DNA of 64,000 nt. It comes from Marsupella aquatica. Its lineage: Eukaryota > Plantae > Marchantiophyta. The notes under the pieces were generated by a model. The model was given only the letters and a program-made list of their open reading frames with translations. It ran no database searches and was not told the DNA's origin. The translations under genes and the position numbers were made by a program. The stretch spans positions 18,960,754 to 19,024,753 of the forward strand of contig OZ316896.1 in the NCBI GenBank assembly GCA_973895155.1, written 5' to 3'. This document shows, piece after piece, positions 51,901 to 64,000 of this stretch (the stretch's first letter is position 1; each line of letters opens with the position of its first letter).

Positions 51901-53220
51901 TGATGTCAGCTCGGTTTCATCGTCCAGTGTCACGACATCATTTCATATTCACGCATCTACAGTTTGATCGTCCAATGCGTAACTTGCTTATTTAATACTA
52001 TCACAACAAATGGAGGCCAATCCCCGGGACCAAATCATTGATAGTCTCTAGTACGGATTCATGCATACCAACTGGAAAGGGCATGATTGACAGGACGGCT
52101 GGTCTTTGAAAACCACAACTGTAACAAAAGCACGCAATTCCACGACCAATCCATCTTAACTCCCTCGAGCTGGCCTTTGAAAACCACAACAGAACGGCCA
52201 CTCATTTCAACAACGAACGCAGACATACCAAAGCATTCTGAAATCTCTCCTCGATCGAGAGGGTGATACTCAACTGGAAAGAGCGTGATTGATACGACTA
52301 ATTGGCTTTTGACAATCACAATAACAGACTGCACGCACTACTCTCAGTCATATTTAGATAAGCACTACGGGACAGTCTAGACAAACATGATTGATGATTG
52401 ATGAAACTGCTGGTCTAGACAAACTACCAACCTTGCTTCAACTAATTATCTCGCTAATTATAAGAACTACGTGATCACGGAATCTGACGCTAACAATTTG
52501 TATCGCCATGACTAATGGAAGGCAGTCGACTCAGTACTGGACGCTTCAAATACAAAGCACAAACGATTGTATGCCAAGCTAGCCGGTACATTCGCTGGTT
52601 CCAGCTGCAACTTTGCAAGCTTTATTCACGTCATCTTTTCACAAGCACAAGTTCGTGGGAGGATGACAATTTTCTCTTGTAAATACAGGTCGACCAAAAG
52701 CAGAAGGCCACATACGCTACATGAGAAAATCGGTGTGATCCAAGCATACTGATGGGGGAGGGAAATCGTTGCAGATTGAAGCTTTATCGACTTAATCGTC
52801 ACCTGGTAGACTGACGGATCAGCGATTCACTCTCTTCTATACTCCTCGTCTACCATCTGCTTTGTACTAAGCTTCAATCTGATCGAAGAATGACAACTAA
52901 ATGTATCAAATACCGAGAAAATAATACTAAGCAACTAATCGAGCACATCAACATAATTACCAAAATTTATTAATCAGGCTCCACGTCGTAGCATTTCCCG
53001 CTTTTGCCCTCCATGTGAGCGTTTGGATCATCTTCGAGAATTATATTGGCTTTGGGCCAACCGCCCATTGAGCTAGCCATCGATCGAATCAAGCTAACGT
53101 TGCAATCGGAGTAAACCAGAGACCCAGAGATGCCGCGTTGAGACCGATCCTTCATTTTCATTCTGCTTTTCCGTCTTTGAACGCACCGACGCAGTCTTGA
53201 GATTTTGAGATACAACTCAA

Positions 53221-53424
53221 TTACAGGCGCCTCATGGCCACGAAAGAAAGCACAGACAGGAGTGCAGGAGCTAACAAAGTGGGCAGCAGAGACCCGGCCC
53301 CTGATGCCGGTCCTGGTGTTGGTGCGTCTGCAGCGGCCACCCCTTGGCTTTCGAGGACGACCACGGTGGCCATCGCCAGCATGGCGATGCTGGCCTTCAT
53401 CATGGACGTCGCAGTGAAAGCCAT
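53221..53424 (-). CDS. arabinogalactan peptide (67 aa, signal peptide + GPI-type tail)
   Basis: MAFTATSMMKASIAMLAMATVVVLESQGVAA signal, ADAPTPGPAS core, GAGSLLP..hydrophobic tail. TATATAAG at ~53670 and a likely 5'-UTR intron at ~53609-53449. Confidence 0.85.
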   Translation of the reverse strand: MAFTATSMMKASIAMLAMATVVVLESQGVAAADAPTPGPASGAGSLLPTLLAPALLSVLSFVAMRRL

Positions 53425-54099
53425 TCTAATCGGGAAAAAAGACTGCCGCTGCAAGTACTTAATAGTGTGAATCACAAACTCGCAGTTTCTCACACTTTCA
53501 ATCAACAATCAACTGTCGCTATACATGCAACGAGTCTCTGAACTCGCAAATCAAATCGATCAAGAGCACGCGTTTAAAGCCAGATTAATGCGGAGGTGAG
53601 TGTACATACTGAAACAGGATTGCAATGCGATGATTGACACACAATTCGACGCACGTCCTTCGCTTATATAGATCGGTTTCGGACTGGAGAATGCAACTTC
53701 GACGCAGCTACGACGGCCGGCCTCGGATTGCAATGAGCCGGACCTTGAGACTTTGAGCCGAAGGAACTATAGTAGGGCGGACCCACGGAGGTAGACTTTC
53801 GAAGCCAGCTCTGGAACAAAACACATGCAAAGGAACAGGAGCAGTGCGGGCAGCAGTGCAGGCCAAACCGGTATTTTGTTTCGCCTGGACTTGTGCGGAT
53901 GCCCAGCGATTGAATTCGCTGGACTGCTGGAGGATCCGAGGGTGCGTCTGGGAATGCCGTGAAAAACATGGCACGCAATGCGAACGCAAACGGCCCAGAT
54001 TGGCCAACAGATGCCGATTTCTTCCATAACTTCCAAATCATGCAGACTTCAAAGTTTCCACTTAATTCGCAGGGCTCTGGAGGTCAAACTGTTTGACCA

Positions 54100-54157
54100 T
54101 CACTCGCTGAGTCACTTGCCGAAGCGGTCACTCGCTGAGTCACTTGCCGAAGCGGTC
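54100..54157. repeat. 28-bp tandem duplication containing TGAGTCA
   Basis: tcactcgctgagtcacttgccgaagcgg twice. Confidence 0.9.
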
Positions 54158-54938
54158 CTTGAAATCATCAATCTCGAAGGATAGGAAACTGGGTGTGCAG
54201 TGGAATCTATGTTGCCTTGAGGCCATTGATATTTTCTCTTTGCATCTCATATTGGAGAATGATTGCAATCTTGCCTCCAAGTGAGTGCGTTGAATCTAAA
54301 CTTAGCCCATTTTACAATGTATGCAAAGAGGCAAGGTTTGGATCAGAATAGAAATATATCAATTTTAAGATTTCTTGGACCTAATGACTCCAAAGCTTCT
54401 ACTTCCTTTATTGGCCTTCGTCCAATGCAATGCCTAGCAAGTTTAATCCTCGGAAAGGTATGAGTATTCGCCAAGAAATATGCTGTATCCATTGCATTGA
54501 TACCAACTAGGCCAGTCCACCACCCAAACAAAACAAAGAAAGAAAGAGATGCAAGCCCTGCCCTACTTAGCCTTGATCCAGCCAATGCCAGACTAAGGTT
54601 CAGGCGTAGAAAACCCCTCATAACCCACCAAAAACATTGAGTTGTTGGTTAAATAGAGGGCACACATTGTCAAGCTGTGGCCAATTGGCAAGAGACTGAC
54701 TGGGAAGAAATTATAGGTAAGGAGGATTCAAATGGGAATGGGGGCGGATTGGCAAATACAAAAGAAGGGGGGCGGGGGGCGGCGGGTGGGTGTCAAAAGA
54801 AGATGCAGGAGTCTGGCGTGTGGTGAGGGGAGGGGAGTAGAAGGTGTGCGAACCAGAAGAAGGGTTAAAGGGTAAAGCCCAGGGGAAGAGGCAATAGTTG
54901 GGTGAGTAGAGCAGGGAGGTGCCTGGGGAGGTGAAAGT

Positions 54939-56665
54939 AGGTGGATGAGAGAAGCAGAGTTGAAAGAAGGGGCAGGAGTTAATATCTGGCAGAATCTGGC
55001 AGATAATAGATGCAAGTATCAAGGGAAGAGAGTGTAAAACAAACATAAACTCATGTAAACTAAATGCCTTTCTTGATTTGTCGGTTTCTATTTCTTAGGG
55101 CACTTTGGAGCTCAATGCCCCAGTCAAGATCCAGATCATCTCTTTACAAAGATTCTCTTCAAAGTCTCCAAAAATTAGAAAAAATGAAAATCTCTCAGGT
55201 CTTTAAGTGTACTAAGTTCCTGTTTTTGGAGCATTATGGGCAATAATAGCCCGCTCAAAACTTGAGCTGAAGCTCTCATTTTTTGGGTCATCATTTCCCA
55301 ATAATGCCCTGCAAACAGCAGTTTATTGTATACAAATTTTTTATAATAGATCAGAGAATGCTTGTATTAATAGAAGCTTGTCTAAAAAAACATTCCTCCC
55401 AAGCCCTTTATATAAGGGGAGGATACCTTATTGAAATCAATGCCTAAGAGTAGATCGGCCTCAATTTATTTTAAACAATAAGGGGAAGAACAAAGCTGTA
55501 AGGAAGCTTTCCTAATATATTGGGTATAATAAGTCAAACAAGGGTTTTGTAAGTCAAACAAGGGTTTTGTTTCGCTCTCTTTCTAGAAACCAAATATACA
55601 CACTTTTTATATACAAAGGGACCAATCAGAGTACAAATGAACAAACAAAAGAGGGCCCAAGTGGACAAAACCAATCGAAAAAGAAGTGAGCAAAAGGGAA
55701 CCACTAAACACCAAGAAAGAGAAACTAAAAGTAAGAAATGAGCAATAGGGAACCCCTAAAAACCAAGAAAGAGAGACTAAAACTAACCCAAGCGGACCGA
55801 GGTGGATGAGAGAAGCAGAGTTGAAAGAAGGGGCAGGAGTTAATATCTGGCAGAATCTGGCAGATAATAGATGCAAGTATCAAGGGAAGAGAGTGTAAAA
55901 CAAACATAAACTCATGTAAACTAAATGCCTTTCTTGATTTGTCGGTTTCTATTTCTTAGGGCACTTTGGAGCTCAATGCCCCAGTCAAGATCCAGATCAT
56001 CTCTTTACAAAGATTCTCTTCAAAGTCTCCAAAAATTAGAAAAAATGAAAATCTCTCAGGTCTTTAAGTGTACTAAGTTCCTGTTTTTGGAGCATTATGG
56101 GCAATAATAGCCCGCTCAAAACTTGAGCTGAAGCTCTCATTTTTTGGGTCATCATTTCCCAATAATGCCCTGCAAACAGCAGTTTATTGTATACAAATTT
56201 TTTATAATAGATCAGAGAATGCTTGTATTAATAGAAGCTTGTCTAAAAAAACATTCCTCCCAAGCCCTTTATATAAGGGGAGGATACCTTATTGAAATCA
56301 ATGCCTAAGAGTAGATCGGCCTCAATTTATTTTAAACAATAAGGGGAAGAACAAAGCTGTAAGGAAGCTTTCCTAATATATTGGGTATAATAAGTCAAAC
56401 AAGGGTTTTGTAAGTCAAACAAGGGTTTTGTTTCGCTCTCTTTCTAGAAACCAAATATACACACTTTTTATATACAAAGGGACCAATCAGAGTACAAATG
56501 AACAAACAAAAGAGGGCCCAAGTGGACAAAACCAATCGAAAAAGAAGTGAGCAAAAGGGAACCACTAAACACCAAGAAAGAGAAACTAAAAGTAAGAAAT
56601 GAGCAATAGGGAACCCCTAAAAACCAAGAAAGAGAGACTAAAACTAACCCAAGCGGACCGAGGTG
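54939..56665. repeat. 861-bp apparently exact tandem duplication
   Basis: 54939-55799 equals 55800-56660 (identical ORFs at 55064 and 55925); AGGTG at all three junctions (54939, 55800, 56661). Confidence 0.95.
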
Positions 56666-56695
56666 TTCATCATTCCTAGCGAATGTGGCAAAAAG

Positions 56696-59614
56696 CTACT
56701 GGTCCACATCAAGGGTCAAAACTAGATCGGCAAGTGGGATTGGAACATCCTCTAGGGGAGCTAGCCGCTGCGGAGGCACACTAGCACCCACTGTAAGAGA
56801 TCGACGATAGATGGCCCGAGCTTGAGCACGCTGCAAGGTGACTGAAATGCGTTGGCGAAAGTGCATGGTCAAAATAGAAAGCGGGGGTCCAGTGGGACCC
56901 ATGCGGCCATGAACATCCCGGGCAGCTTGCCGAAGAAGCCCATCAAACTGAGGATGAAGACGCCCAAATAGCTCCAGAGCAAGGGGGAGGAAGCTGTCGG
57001 ATGAAGCTCGTGCAGCATATTTGGCCTCCTTCGTTGTTGCCGCACGTGACGCTGCTGCCCCTGCCGTATTTGCCGCTGTCCCAATGATGTCTTGGCGCAA
57101 TGGGTTTGCCACCACTACATCTGCCAATGTACGTTGACCCTCACGGACCATGGTAAGATCCACCCGTAACCGTTGTGATGGAGGACCAGGTAACTCGAGT
57201 ACCACCTCCTGCCGCACGCATACCAAAGAGCCAGAGAGAACCTGAGCAGTCCCATCTCGCACAGCGTCGTGAACAATAATGGTTTCACCTCCCAAACTGC
57301 ACCGAAGAAGATGGACACCTATGGCATCACAAGGCTTCCCACAAGTGCAAGAAGGAGGTAAACCTGCAAGAAGTGGGTGGGGCAGCCCCATACGAAGACG
57401 CATGGCTGTGGAGAACTCCGTTGAAGACATCCACAAATGAGGAATGACTGGATTGGCCTGAAGCCATCCACCTGCGCCCTTCCCTCTGGAAGAAAGAATC
57501 CAAGCTCGGTCCGTGTCAGGTGCCTCGGAGAGGATGTTGGAAAGGGTGAAAGCGTGCATACGCCCAGCGAGGTCTGCCTGAAGACGAACGGGATCCAAGG
57601 ATAAAAACTCCTGAAAAGAAGGTAACGCGGCGCGAACGGGATCTGGTAATGAGGACCGCGCTGCGCGCAAATGAACCTGAAACGGGAGGGAACCCTCCTC
57701 TACCTCCATGAGAGATGAAAGTAAAAAAGGGCGATCCTCAATAAGAAAACGATCATCCAACAATGAGAAGGCGGCCGCCCACGCACCCAAAAAGGCCAAA
57801 GGTGCAAGGCTTCCAATGGAAGTAAGCCCAAAATCACCCTGCGAAATAGGAAGATTGAGTTGTCGATGAAGCCACGGAGATGAGAGCAACGTACCCGGCC
57901 CCAAAAGAGAGGCCAGGGTCTGACGAATGGAGACATCAAATGCTCGAAGATGGAGACAAAGATCCTTGGTAGGGGGATCCGTCCTAGCCAGATAAGACGC
58001 ACGAGGGTGGATGCACCTCAACAACATCCCAAATGCTGCCTAAGAATCTGCTAACTTAGGGAGCATAGGAGTAGAGGCTAAGGCAGCCTGTAGAGAGTCA
58101 GCGATGAAAGAGGAGCAAAAGGAGGCGGTACCGATTGGGGAGCCAAGGACCCGAAGACCATCGGCTGGACGTAAGAACCCTAGGGGAAGCGCAAGATCAG
58201 AGGGTAACCCAGCTGGACTCCATGCACGACTCTTCACAGGCTGAACTCGTAAACCGAGGCCCATCAAATGGGTGGAAAGAGTGGCGAGGGCAGAAGTAAC
58301 CGCGGCAGGAGGACCAATGATGTGGGTGTCATCTGAAAGGGAGGGGAAGATACACTGGGGTTGGGCCATGGCGGCTTCCCATAAAGCTGTAAAATGGGCA
58401 ATGGCAAAAAGGGGCCCACCCAAAGGGTCACCCTGACGAGTACCTTCTGCAGAGGAAAGAGTCGTATACACACTTGTAGAGGAGTGATGACTATAGAAGA
58501 GTGGGGCCTCGAGTCCATAAAAACAACGGACAAAGGGGATCAGGGACTGGATGTCTGGATCCGCTGCCCTCAAAGCACGAAAAATGGCTGCCCGAGAAAC
58601 CGTATTGAAAGCGTTAGAGACATCAACCTGGAGGACAACCCAATTAGGGTGGAGGCCCAAGGTAGCTCGAATACCCGCAATAACTGTCTCACAACCGCCA
58701 GGAATGCCAACTGCAAACTGATGTGGAGAGAGATGATCCGATAGTGCAAAGCGAAACTGCGAGGAAAGTGTGCGAGATACAAGCCGAAGAAAAACCTCCC
58801 CAATAGCAATTGGCCGAACACCCGGTGAAGACTTAGCCATGGCCAATAAACAAGAAGCACTCAAGAGTCGAGAGACGGGAGGAGGCAAACGACCGGCTGC
58901 AATACACTGGCAAAAGGAGAAGAAAATTGGAAAACCAAACTGAGGATCCTCAGGGGGGAATAAATCCTGAAAATGCTCAAAGACATAGCCCCTCCGGCCA
59001 CCAGCAGCGCAACGCGGGGCATGGAGGAAGGTATAGGTGAAGTGGTCCCTACTAAACTGAAGATCCTCCTCAGGCTCAAAATCCTCTACGAACAAAGGGA
59101 GCTGATCATGGGGCTGCGGATGGAGATCCTGAAGGGCCGACGAGGTGACCTCGCCAGGGGGGGCTGGTGTGGTGGGAGAAAGGGCCTGGACAGCCCGAAG
59201 ATATTCACCAGCCTGGGCTAAACGACAAGAGCGACGAAGACGTCTATGCTCAGGGGGATGAGAGTGGCGGGCTGGGTCAGACAAAGCACGGGCGATAAAA
59301 GACCGGGCGCGAAGAAAGTACTCTTCCTGAAGCTGCTCCCAATCTCCCCGCAAAAAATGATGGATACGAGAGGCAGTCTCACGGTGACCCACACGACCAC
59401 CATGACTAGGGAGGGTAAGAGACCACTGTGGAAAAAGCATCAGTAAAGACCAGTAGGAGACCTCCATAGGATGCGCCAAGATAAGCTGCATGAGTTGCAA
59501 CAAGGAGGATCGAACTAAAGGGCGCAACGCCAGAGGAATGTGGTTATAAAGGCAAGGTCTAATGTACCTGGATGGTAGGCTGGAAGGGGGTCTAGAGTGC
59601 GAACCCAACTCCAT
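56696..59614 (-). pseudogene. CRE-type RT-RLE polyprotein interrupted by one in-frame TAG at 58040-58042
   Basis: RT motifs GVRPIAIGEVFLRL, QFAVGIPGGCE, VDVSNAFN, GTRQGDPLG, SLSDDTHI, LRVLGSPIG; then RLRMGLP, CTCG..HLLRC..HDAVRD, RVDL..LADVVV..KEAKY (CCHC + PD-(D/E)xK). ORFs 58040-59614 and 56696-58027 are in the same frame. Confidence 0.88.
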
Positions 59615-60379
59615 GCCTGCTCGGGAGCCTCCAAGGAGGGAGGGGCAGAGCTAACCGGGTCAATAGGGGGCTGAGGCTGGGATTGTGCTTGCTGGCGACG
59701 ATGGCACCGGCCCCGCCCGCGATGATGAGGGAGGGAGATGCCAACCCATCCACAGTCAGGACAAGTATGCAGGGGACGCTCGTCTAGGGAGGGAGCAGGA
59801 AAGACTGGACAGGAGGTGGGGGTGGAACAGATGTGGACGAGGAGGCCGGAGGAGGATGATGAATGGGTGGAGAGGGAATGGGGTGGGGAGAGGAGCCAGG
59901 GCGACGATGGGGTGGGCAGTAGACGGGGGGGACAGGCAGAGCATCGGGCATGGGGTCATCACGAAGATGAGAGAGATCCAGTGAAGAAGAGCAAACACGA
60001 AGACGGCCACGAGGGGGAGGGGAGGACGGGGGAGAAGTGTGGGGTGGGGCTGGGCGCTTGCCCCGCGCCAACACTCTCAACGCAGACATGACAGGCCTCA
60101 ATCCGATAAAAGCAAAAACGCATCAAGAAACAACAAAAGGCCAATCGAGACAAGTGAAAAGAAAGGGGAGGCGATGGAGAGAGCCCATTGCATCAGGCCG
60201 AGAAACGGTGCCACCGCTAGCCTAGGAAACCGTTGAGCAGGTGCAGGAACAGTAAGGAACAAAGCTTAAGCGCCCGTCGAGCTGGGGAGTCGACGCGAGT
60301 GAAGATCCATCCTCTGGATTGAGCGTGCGGCTACAGCTCCCGAAGGCGACAACCAATTGGAGGAGAAAGCGATGGCCTA

Positions 60380-61201
60380 AAGCCGATGTGACTCGCTCAT
60401 ACGTTGACCCAAATCGAGTCGTGAAGACGCCAAGATCGCCAAACGCGCAGCCAATGTGAAAAACGGCGAAACCTAAATCTGACGTAACTTGCTCAATTGG
60501 TGACCGTTTGGGGCGCAATTCATATCGATCTTCACCGCCTCGCCACGATCTTTCCAAAGCTATCAAGAACACCCAGATCCAAAACTCCTGGAGAAAGTTA
60601 CGACCCAAATTGAGTCGCGAAATCGCCAAAATCGTCAAACGCGCAAAAAAAGTGAAAAAACGACGAAACCTAAATCCGATGTAACTCGATCATAGGGTGA
60701 CCGTTTGGGGCGCAAGTCGTATCGATCTTCACCGCCTCGCCAATATCTTTCCAAAGCCGTCAAGACTCCCAGATCCGAAACTCCTGGAGAAAGTTACGAC
60801 CCAAATTGAGTCGCGAAATCGCCCAAATCGCCAAACGCGCAGAAAAAGTGAAAAAACAGCAAAACTTAAATCCGATGTAACTCGCTCATACGGTAACCGT
60901 TTGGGGTGCAAGTCATATCGATCTTCACCGCCTCGCCAAGATCTTTCCAAAGCTGTCAAGAACTCCCAAATCCAAAACTCCCGGAGAAAGTTACGACCCA
61001 AATTGAGTCGCAAAATCGTCGAAATCGCCAAACGTGCAGAAAAAGTGAAAAAAACCGCGAGACTTAAATCCGATGTAATTTGCTCATACGGTGACCGTTT
61101 GGGGCGCAAGTCATATCGATCTTCACCGCCTCGCCAAGATCTTTCCAAAGCCGTCAAGAACTCCCAAATCCAAAACTCCCGCAGAAAGTTACGACCCAAA
61201 T
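60380..61201. repeat. ~197-bp tandem monomer array (4 copies plus a degenerate partial)
   Basis: atcgatcttcaccgcctcgcc at 60524, 60721, 60917 and 61115. Confidence 0.92.
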
Positions 61202-62519
61202 TCTTTCTAGCTGTGGGAGTCTAGTTCCACTCCATAAACTAGTGACGTGAAAGCAAGGAGTTCTACCTGTTAGCCAGGTCATGTCTAGTCTCTTCTCATT
61301 TAAATCAAATGACATATTCATGTCTATTCTTTGCCAAACCTTGAATAAATTGTTTCTTACTCTTTTCTAGCCACTTCAGCTTGATTCAGTACATAGTAAC
61401 TCCAAGATAGATGTTCAGTATAGCCTTGGACAATTTCTACCCTTTACAGGGAGAATTAGTTGGCATCAATTCCATTGCTTCATTTGAGGCATTTTTTATT
61501 AGACCAGACAGTGAGAAATATGACCTTTGGGTACGATTTTCAGAGTTTCCAAGTAACTTACTCTGGTGCTCAAATTCATGCACTAGTGGGATATCAAAAT
61601 TGTGAATTACTAAGCCAAAGTTGGGATATGCCGTATGAGACTCGCCAAATATTAAAGTATATCTCATAGGTAAAGAACACGCAATACTCAGCAACAAGCA
61701 TTCAAATGAGTTGTCTGACCGGTGTTTGCTTTGTTTTTACAAAATCACTCAATTGCCAGAACTATATTTCCTGACTAGTCTGCCACTACTGTAACCCATA
61801 TTGATAACTAAGGGTCAGATGGTGTTTTCTATTGCTCTTTGCTTATCAGGGCTTGCCACATATGTGACTTTACATCTCATTATATTTCACCATATTTGGG
61901 GGGTATTGAATCCAGCCGTGTGTGTACGTCAGGACTCGTGACGTTCAATTGTACTATGATTCTGACGTGCAGAGTGGATGCACCAGATGGACGGACAAGA
62001 CTTGCTTGAAGACATTAGCTCCAATCATGACCGCTTATCATTGTACGTTTGCTTAACATATATGTAGTAAGGGTCCTCCTTTACTCCTGAATGAAGTCTT
62101 GGAGCTCCCATAGGCCTCCCTGCTCCTGAGAGTAGGCAAATCCATCTAGTTATGGACCCTCATGAGAGGTCTCTTGCAAATTCCCTGCCACGAGGTTGCA
62201 CCACATCACCACAACCAGCCACAAACAGGAATAGTCCTACTTTTAACAATAACAAACGTGCACATTCATGTTTGTGGCAAAAACAACATAATTTTTGGGT
62301 GCCATGCAGTAAATATTAAATGTAAAAAAAACCAAAATACAAAGGAAGAGATGTCATTTAGTAAAATAAAATTACTAAAGTATTCTAATGTTTGTCAAAG
62401 ATATATCAGTGTTTTATATCAAAATGCTTGTATTTTCTAATCGTTTGCAAGTTTGAAAAAACTAATCGATAGAAATGTACATAATTACAATCCCTTTGGC
62501 TCCACATTGTAAAACTAAA

Positions 62520-63000
62520 TTAATCAATCTCCTTAGTACTTGATAAAATCTGTCAATGTTTGATTCATTGGGAAACTCAAGATCAAGATTTAGAAACTCG
62601 TGACCTCATTAATAGTGTTTTGATAAAATTTCTCAATTATGTCACACTCATTGGAAAGCTAGAGTAAAATTAGAATCTCATCATCTCCTTAGTATTTGAC
62701 AAAATATATTAATGTTAGGTTCATTGGAAAGCTTGAGAAATTCAAATACTCGTGATCTAATTTTTGATGAATAATCTCAATGTCACACATTAGAAAGCTA
62801 GAGAGATTATGATCTCTTTAGTATAGTGATAAAATCTGACATGGAATTTGTCAATGTTGGACTCAATGTTCAAAAACTAAAAGAATTCATGAACTCATGA
62901 TCAAAATTTCTTATACTCACATTCATTGGAAACTAAGGCAAAGAAATTAAAAAATTTATTTGGAACAAAACAAAATTTGTCAATTTGAGGCTCATTCAAA
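62520..63000. repeat. AT-rich degenerate tandem repeat (~150-bp period)
   Basis: Recurrent ctccttagta.ttga.aaaat, tcattggaaa(a/g)ct, actc(g/a)tga(c/t)c. Confidence 0.6.
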
Positions 63001-64000
63001 ACTCTTTCTTGATTAAGAGATATCACAAACTTAGCCGCTACAAATTGATTTCTTTAATTACGTTGTCATCGCTTGTCCACAAGGCTTGCGTTCTGGCTTG
63101 AATTATTTGCATCCCTCCAATCTTCAACTAAAGCTCACTCTGAGCACAGGTTGACGCCAAATGCAGCCTCTATGTCAAAGAAACAATTGTTGGTCTCCCC
63201 CTCACACCATAGCTTTCTTAAATAAAAAATTACAAATCCTTTATGTGAAGTGATGACTCGTTCGTTTTGTGCGTTCTTCCCACCAAATCGACAAGTGTTC
63301 TTTTGCCAATAGCTGAGTGTTGTCCTCCACTCTATCTTGTGGTGGTAATGCTCAATGTAACTCACAAACAATCAATCAAGAATGATAGAAACACAATTTC
63401 TCCAATGTGTAAGCAAAAACTGTCAATGAAAAAACTTAATTCCTCCACATTCAACCTTTCGTTTGATTAATCTCCTCTATATCTTTTGAACATTCTCTTT
63501 TGTACGAGCACACACCAAGACCATCGGGAGACTCAAAACCATCGGTTACCGCCTTGCTGAAAATTGATTTCACTTCATCACACACATATTCTTTTGGAAG
63601 AACATGGGGGTCCACGGATTAATTCAGTCCTAGCTCACATAGTTAGTGCCCAGGATTGCACACAACAGCCCCACGTACTGTTGCGAATCCTTATGATCCA
63701 AGTTTGGTCCGCCCTCTCACTCCCTCTACCGCTATTTTGGATTAAAAAAGGCAGGAAAAAAAGTGTGCTTGCAACGTACCTTGATAATCCAATATGTGAT
63801 CTAAGAGCCAACAAGATTCATAGATAGATTTAAATTAACCTGAGTTGCTGGGGGAGGGGGTTCACTCTATGGAGCCTGGCCATACATCATGTGCAACATT
63901 TTAGGGTTTGACCCAATTTCTTATGAGAAAGATTCTTATTATTGCCTCACCCTTTGTTTCTTTAAATCCGGCCATTTTTAATTTTACAACCCAAAAAAGA

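Larger units (their letters stand above)
56448..61201 (-). mobile_element. CRE-clade non-LTR retrotransposon (RT + restriction-like endonuclease)
   Basis: Long RT-RLE frame, T-rich 3' UTR, 5' ~197-bp monomer array; candidate 9-bp TSD TCTTTCTAG at 56439-56447 and 61202-61210. Boundaries are less certain than the identity. Confidence 0.8.

Noticed and set aside
43848-58042. Stop codons repaired by U-to-C RNA editing or programmed read-through
   Set aside because: U-to-C editing in ferns, hornworts and lycophytes is organellar; mutational decay of nuclear TEs is the simpler explanation.
54939-59614. DIRS/Ngaro or Penelope element with split or tandem terminal repeats
   Set aside because: No tyrosine recombinase, RNase H or GIY-YIG motifs; the RT and C-terminal RLE match CRE-type elements, and the repeat is not present at the other end.
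60222-61224. ORFs of 138-175 aa on both strands with repeated peptides
   Set aside because: By-products of the ~197-bp tandem array; the unit length varies (196-198) and the frames are not conserved.
63070-63830. Possible decayed minus-strand coding fragment
   Set aside because: Multiple stops and no identifiable domain.

Overview
Nuclear DNA from a land plant, probably a non-seed plant (inferred from the divergent TIC110 and the transposon families present). Host genes: three intact GPI-anchor-type arabinogalactan-peptide genes (2035, 7713 and 53424 minus) plus one pseudogene copy (9445), a 9-exon CYP85-clan cytochrome P450 (21366-25834) and a 15-exon TIC110 (36143-29685, minus). The rest is mostly transposon-derived: a full-length decayed Copia element (13237-20095, TSD TTTGC), two foldback elements, MITE-like repeats, an L1-type 3' fragment, and a near-intact CRE-clade RT+RLE retroelement with a 5' ~197-bp monomer array and an adjacent 861-bp duplication. 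The most unusual object is a 6.7-kb Mutator-like element (42529-49198, 10-bp TSD). It carries a convergent accessory gene ending in an RNase H1 N-terminal/Cauli_VI-type RNA:DNA-hybrid-binding domain. Its right TIR is split by a 1.78-kb TG...CA cassette encoding an intact RPA70C-like OB-fold protein and a second decayed ORF, both preceded by the same promoter-like motifs. All domain calls are by-eye motif recognition, not database searches.
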